Source of the DNA: Planctomycetaceae bacterium
GTDB taxonomy: Bacteria > Planctomycetota > Planctomycetia > Pirellulales > Pirellulaceae
Assembly (NCBI GenBank): GCA_022614795.1
Contig: JAKEHX010000154.1
Span: forward strand, 1-34,366
DNA: 34,366 nt
Direction of reading: 5' to 3'
Shown here: one piece after another, positions 32,052 to 34,366 of the stretch
Position numbering within the stretch: position 1 is the stretch's first letter
Layout: every line of letters begins with the position of its first letter
Notes under the pieces: generated by a model
What the model saw: the letters and a program-made list of their open reading frames with translations, nothing else
Database searches by the model: none
Told to the model about the DNA's origin: nothing
Made by a program: the position numbers and the translations under genes

Positions 32052-32519
32052 TTGGCCGCAACCAATCATCAACCCGAAGTCCTGCTCTTCACCGACGGTG
32101 CGTGCAGCGGCAATCCCGGCCCGGGCGGCTGGGCGTTCATCATGAAGCACGTTGCCAGCGGCAAAGTACTGGAAAAGTCGGGAGCCGACCGCGAGACGAC
32201 CAATAACCGCATGGAGCTGCAAGCCGTGATCGAGGGGCTCTCGGCCCTCAAGCGGCCGTGCCACTTGGAGCTGTTCACCGACAGCGAATACGTCCGCAAG
32301 GGACTCTCTGAGTGGATGGCCGGCTGGAAGCGCAACGGCTGGAAGAAGCGGGAAAAGGGGTCGCTCAAGCCGATCAAGAATGCCGAGCTGTGGCAGGCCC
32401 TCGACAAGCTGATCGCGCCCCACCAGATCAAATTCACCCGCGTCGCCGGTCACAGCGGCCATCCCGAGAACGACCGCTGCGACGAGCTGGCGGTGGAGGC
32501 GTATCAGCGGTTTCTCTGA
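32052..32519 (+). CDS. rnhA: Ribonuclease HI
   Basis: FTDGACSGNPGPGGW, NNRMELQA, FTDSEYV and HSGHPENDRCDELA carry the DEDD catalytic residues. The start is TTG at 32052. An in-frame TGA at 32031-32033 excludes any upstream ATG. Confidence 0.9.
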   Translation: MAATNHQPEVLLFTDGACSGNPGPGGWAFIMKHVASGKVLEKSGADRETTNNRMELQAVIEGLSALKRPCHLELFTDSEYVRKGLSEWMAGWKRNGWKKREKGSLKPIKNAELWQALDKLIAPHQIKFTRVAGHSGHPENDRCDELAVEAYQRFL

Positions 32520-32525
32520 TCAAAG

Positions 32526-32626
32526 CCCCGACCAGTGGTCGGGGTGATCGCGCGCTCGATCCTCCATCATGAAGTGCTGCCGGCATCGGAGCGTCAATTG
32601 CATGGCACCCTGACCACTGGTCAGGG
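32526..32626. terminator. Twin hairpins between convergent rnhA and birA
   Basis: CCCCGACC-AGT-GGTCGGGG (32526-32544) and CCCTGACC-ACT-GGTCAGGG (32608-32626). Flanks CAAAG / CTTTG are also complementary. One compensated pair change (C:G to T:A). The second hairpin overlaps the last birA codons. Confidence 0.65.
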
Positions 32627-33472
32627 CTTTGGGAGCTGCTCCCACGCATCGATGCTGCCCGCAACGATCGTGCGCTGGCCAAATTCGGTGGCCAGCACCA
32701 GCCCGCCGCAATCGTCGATGCCGCGGCATACGCCGACGACGCGCCGCCCACCCAGATTGGCCGTGACCGCCTTCCCGACGAGCAGGCACCTCTGCCGATA
32801 ATCGGCGGCCAGCGTGCGAAAGCTGGACTTGAGGAGTGTGCTCCAACGATATTCAAACCGATCGAGCACCGCCAGCAGCATTTCGGTCAGATCGCGCGGA
32901 GCGCCGTCGACATCAACCAGCGCGATCGCACCTGGCAAACTGTCCCCCATGCTCCGTCCCGGCTCCTGGCCCCTGACCCCTGGCTCCTGACCCCTGGCTC
33001 CTGTCCCCTGGCTCCCGGCCATCGAGTTATTCGCGTTGATTCCGATCCCCACAATCAGCCGCTCGCTCTGGCCAGGCGCCGATTCACACAAGATGCCGCA
33101 CACCTTGCCGCCATTCAGATAGACGTCGTTGGGCCACTTGACACGCCACTGGGCTCGCGGCGCAAGCGGCTCCAGGGCCTCACACACCGCCAGGCCAGCG
33201 ACCAGTGCGACTTGGGAACGGGTCTCTGGCGGCAAGGCTTCGGCCGGCGCTTCCAAGAGCAGTGAAAAAGTCAAAGCGCCGTCGGCCGACCACCAGCGAT
33301 TACTGCCGCGGCCGCGTCCTCCGGTCTGCCGCTCGGTCAGCACCAAGAGCGGCAACGGCAGCTCATCCCGCGCCGCCAATTCCAGGGCCCGGTCGTTCGT
33401 CGAACCGACGGACTCGTGGTAATCCACGTGCCGTACCAAGCCGGAGCGGGTAATGCGGGAGAGGTCGAACAT
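32621..33472 (-). CDS. birA: Biotin--[acetyl-CoA-carboxylase] ligase, group I (no N-terminal HTH)
   Basis: ESVGSTNDRA, the biotin-binding loop TERQTGGRGRGSNRWWS, KWPNDVYL and GIGINAN. ATG 33472 (MFDLSRITRSG) was preferred over the TTG track start at 33502. Confidence 0.88.
   Translation of the reverse strand: MFDLSRITRSGLVRHVDYHESVGSTNDRALELAARDELPLPLLVLTERQTGGRGRGSNRWWSADGALTFSLLLEAPAEALPPETRSQVALVAGLAVCEALEPLAPRAQWRVKWPNDVYLNGGKVCGILCESAPGQSERLIVGIGINANNSMAGSQGTGARGQEPGVRGQEPGRSMGDSLPGAIALVDVDGAPRDLTEMLLAVLDRFEYRWSTLLKSSFRTLAADYRQRCLLVGKAVTANLGGRRVVGVCRGIDDCGGLVLATEFGQRTIVAGSIDAWEQLPKP
32957..33018. repeat. Intragenic 14-nt tandem repeat (CCCCTGGCTCCTGA-like) inside birA
   Basis: Units at 32977-32990, 32991-33004 and 33005-33018, plus degenerate copies at 32957-32976. 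The array encodes GSQGTGARGQEPGVRGQEPGRS within the loop that follows GIGINAN. Confidence 0.8.
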
Positions 33473-33599
33473 TAGCGTCAAATGTCGAATGTCGAAAGTC
33501 AAATGAAGAATGTACTCGGTCTGTCCCTCATTCGAATGCCGTCACTCGTCATTGATTCGTCATTCAGTTTTCGACATTCGTCATTCGGCTCTCGGCGAG

Positions 33600-34366
33600 T
33601 CACTCCACCCTGAGCAATAAATCCCCCGTCTCCACCCGGCTGCCGGGCTTGACGAACACTTCGGCCACCTTCCCCTGCACTTCGCTCGCCAGCGTCGTCT
33701 CCATCTTCATCGCCTCAAGCGTGAACAGCTTTTGCCCCTTGGAGACCTTGTCGCCGGGCTTGATCGAAACGGTCACGACCATCCCAGGCATGCTCGCCCC
33801 CACCTGCTTTGGGTCGTCCGGATCAGCTTTTACGGCCTTGAGCGTGGTCGCCTCGAGCGAGCGATCGACGACGCTCACGTCCCGCGGCTGGCCGTTGAGC
33901 TCGAAAAACACAGTCCGCGTCCCGTCAGCGTGCGGCTCGCTCACAGTCAGAAACTTGATGATCAGCGTCTTGCCTTCCTCGATATCGACCGAAATTTCCT
34001 CACCTAGCTCCTGGCCGTAGAAAAAGACCGGCGTCGGCAGCCGGCTCGTGTCGGAGTAGTTCCGGACGTGAGTCGTATATTCCTGATAGACCTTCGGATA
34101 CAGCAGGTACGATAGCACGTCGCGCCGTGTCGGCTCGCGGCTGATAAGCGTGGCCACCTTCCCGGCCGCGGCCTCAAAATCAGCCGGGGGCAGGCTGGCG
34201 GCGGCCCGCCCCTTGACCGGCTTGCGGTCGCGGAGAATCCGCTCGAGGACTTTTTTGGGCCAGCCGCCAGGAGGCTGCCCCATCATGCCGGAAACCAGGT
34301 CGATCACGGACTCGGGAAACGCCAGGTCGCGCTCCCCTTCCAGAATGTCCTTACTCGTGAGTCCAC
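33600..34366 (-). CDS. pyc: Pyruvate carboxylase, C-terminal part (PT/tetramerisation region + biotinyl domain); the 5' end lies beyond the right window edge
   Basis: Biotinylation motif EAMKMET. VFFELNGQPRDVSVVDRS, LLYPKVYQEY and LPTPVFFYG are typical of PYC. The frame stays open upstream of the track start to the window edge (...ERDLAFPESVIDLVSGMMGQPPGGWP). Confidence 0.88.
   Translation of the reverse strand, partial: GLTSKDILEGERDLAFPESVIDLVSGMMGQPPGGWPKKVLERILRDRKPVKGRAAASLPPADFEAAAGKVATLISREPTRRDVLSYLLYPKVYQEYTTHVRNYSDTSRLPTPVFFYGQELGEEISVDIEEGKTLIIKFLTVSEPHADGTRTVFFELNGQPRDVSVVDRSLEATTLKAVKADPDDPKQVGASMPGMVVTVSIKPGDKVSKGQKLFTLEAMKMETTLASEVQGKVAEVFVKPGSRVETGDLLLRVE

Noticed and set aside
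33473-33502. TTG track start for birA at 33502 (10 extra codons, MTFDIRHLTL)
   Set aside because: The extension lies in the simple-repeat spacer. The first ATG at 33472 gives an N-terminus that aligns with group I BirA proteins. The TTG start cannot be fully excluded.

Overview
High-GC bacterial chromosomal segment, roughly 60-65% GC by eye. Its gene content points to Planctomycetota: a DUF1559 prepilin-like protein with a partner lipoprotein, two PSD1/DUF1549-DUF1553 giants, a PSCyt1+WD40 protein and a Tat-signal DUF1501 sulfatase-like protein. I support about 28 protein genes. Housekeeping genes are folC, ychF, rnhA, birA and the 3' end of pyruvate carboxylase. Others are an ABC ATPase with its permease, a YjhG/YagF-type D-xylonate dehydratase plus a TVP38/DedA membrane protein, a TgpA-like transglutaminase, and a divergent bestrophin / beta-carbonic anhydrase pair. 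I found no rRNA, tRNA, CRISPR array, transposase or integrase. The supplied ORF track uses non-ATG starts and is full of shadow ORFs typical of high-GC DNA, so I re-derived most starts from signal peptides, SD-like motifs and domain boundaries. The most interesting locus is 3577-8225. It holds a lipoprotein gene and a TPR + C-terminal beta-barrel outer-membrane protein with Slam/type-XI-secretion-like architecture. Convergent to these is a tandem array of glycine-rich secreted paralogs: two intact copies plus a 3' remnant of a third. The copies share a C-terminal GLKLS[KR] tail and a conserved, apparently structured ~130-nt mRNA leader. Second is a lower-GC three-gene PIN toxin-antitoxin/defence-like cassette (21291-22618) wedged between a DUF1553 gene and the DUF1501 gene that normally sits next to it. 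Third is a recurrent intergenic architecture at five loci: twin hairpins with identical stems, reverse-complementary loops and compensatory stem substitutions. All family assignments come from motif recognition by eye and need HMM or structure confirmation.
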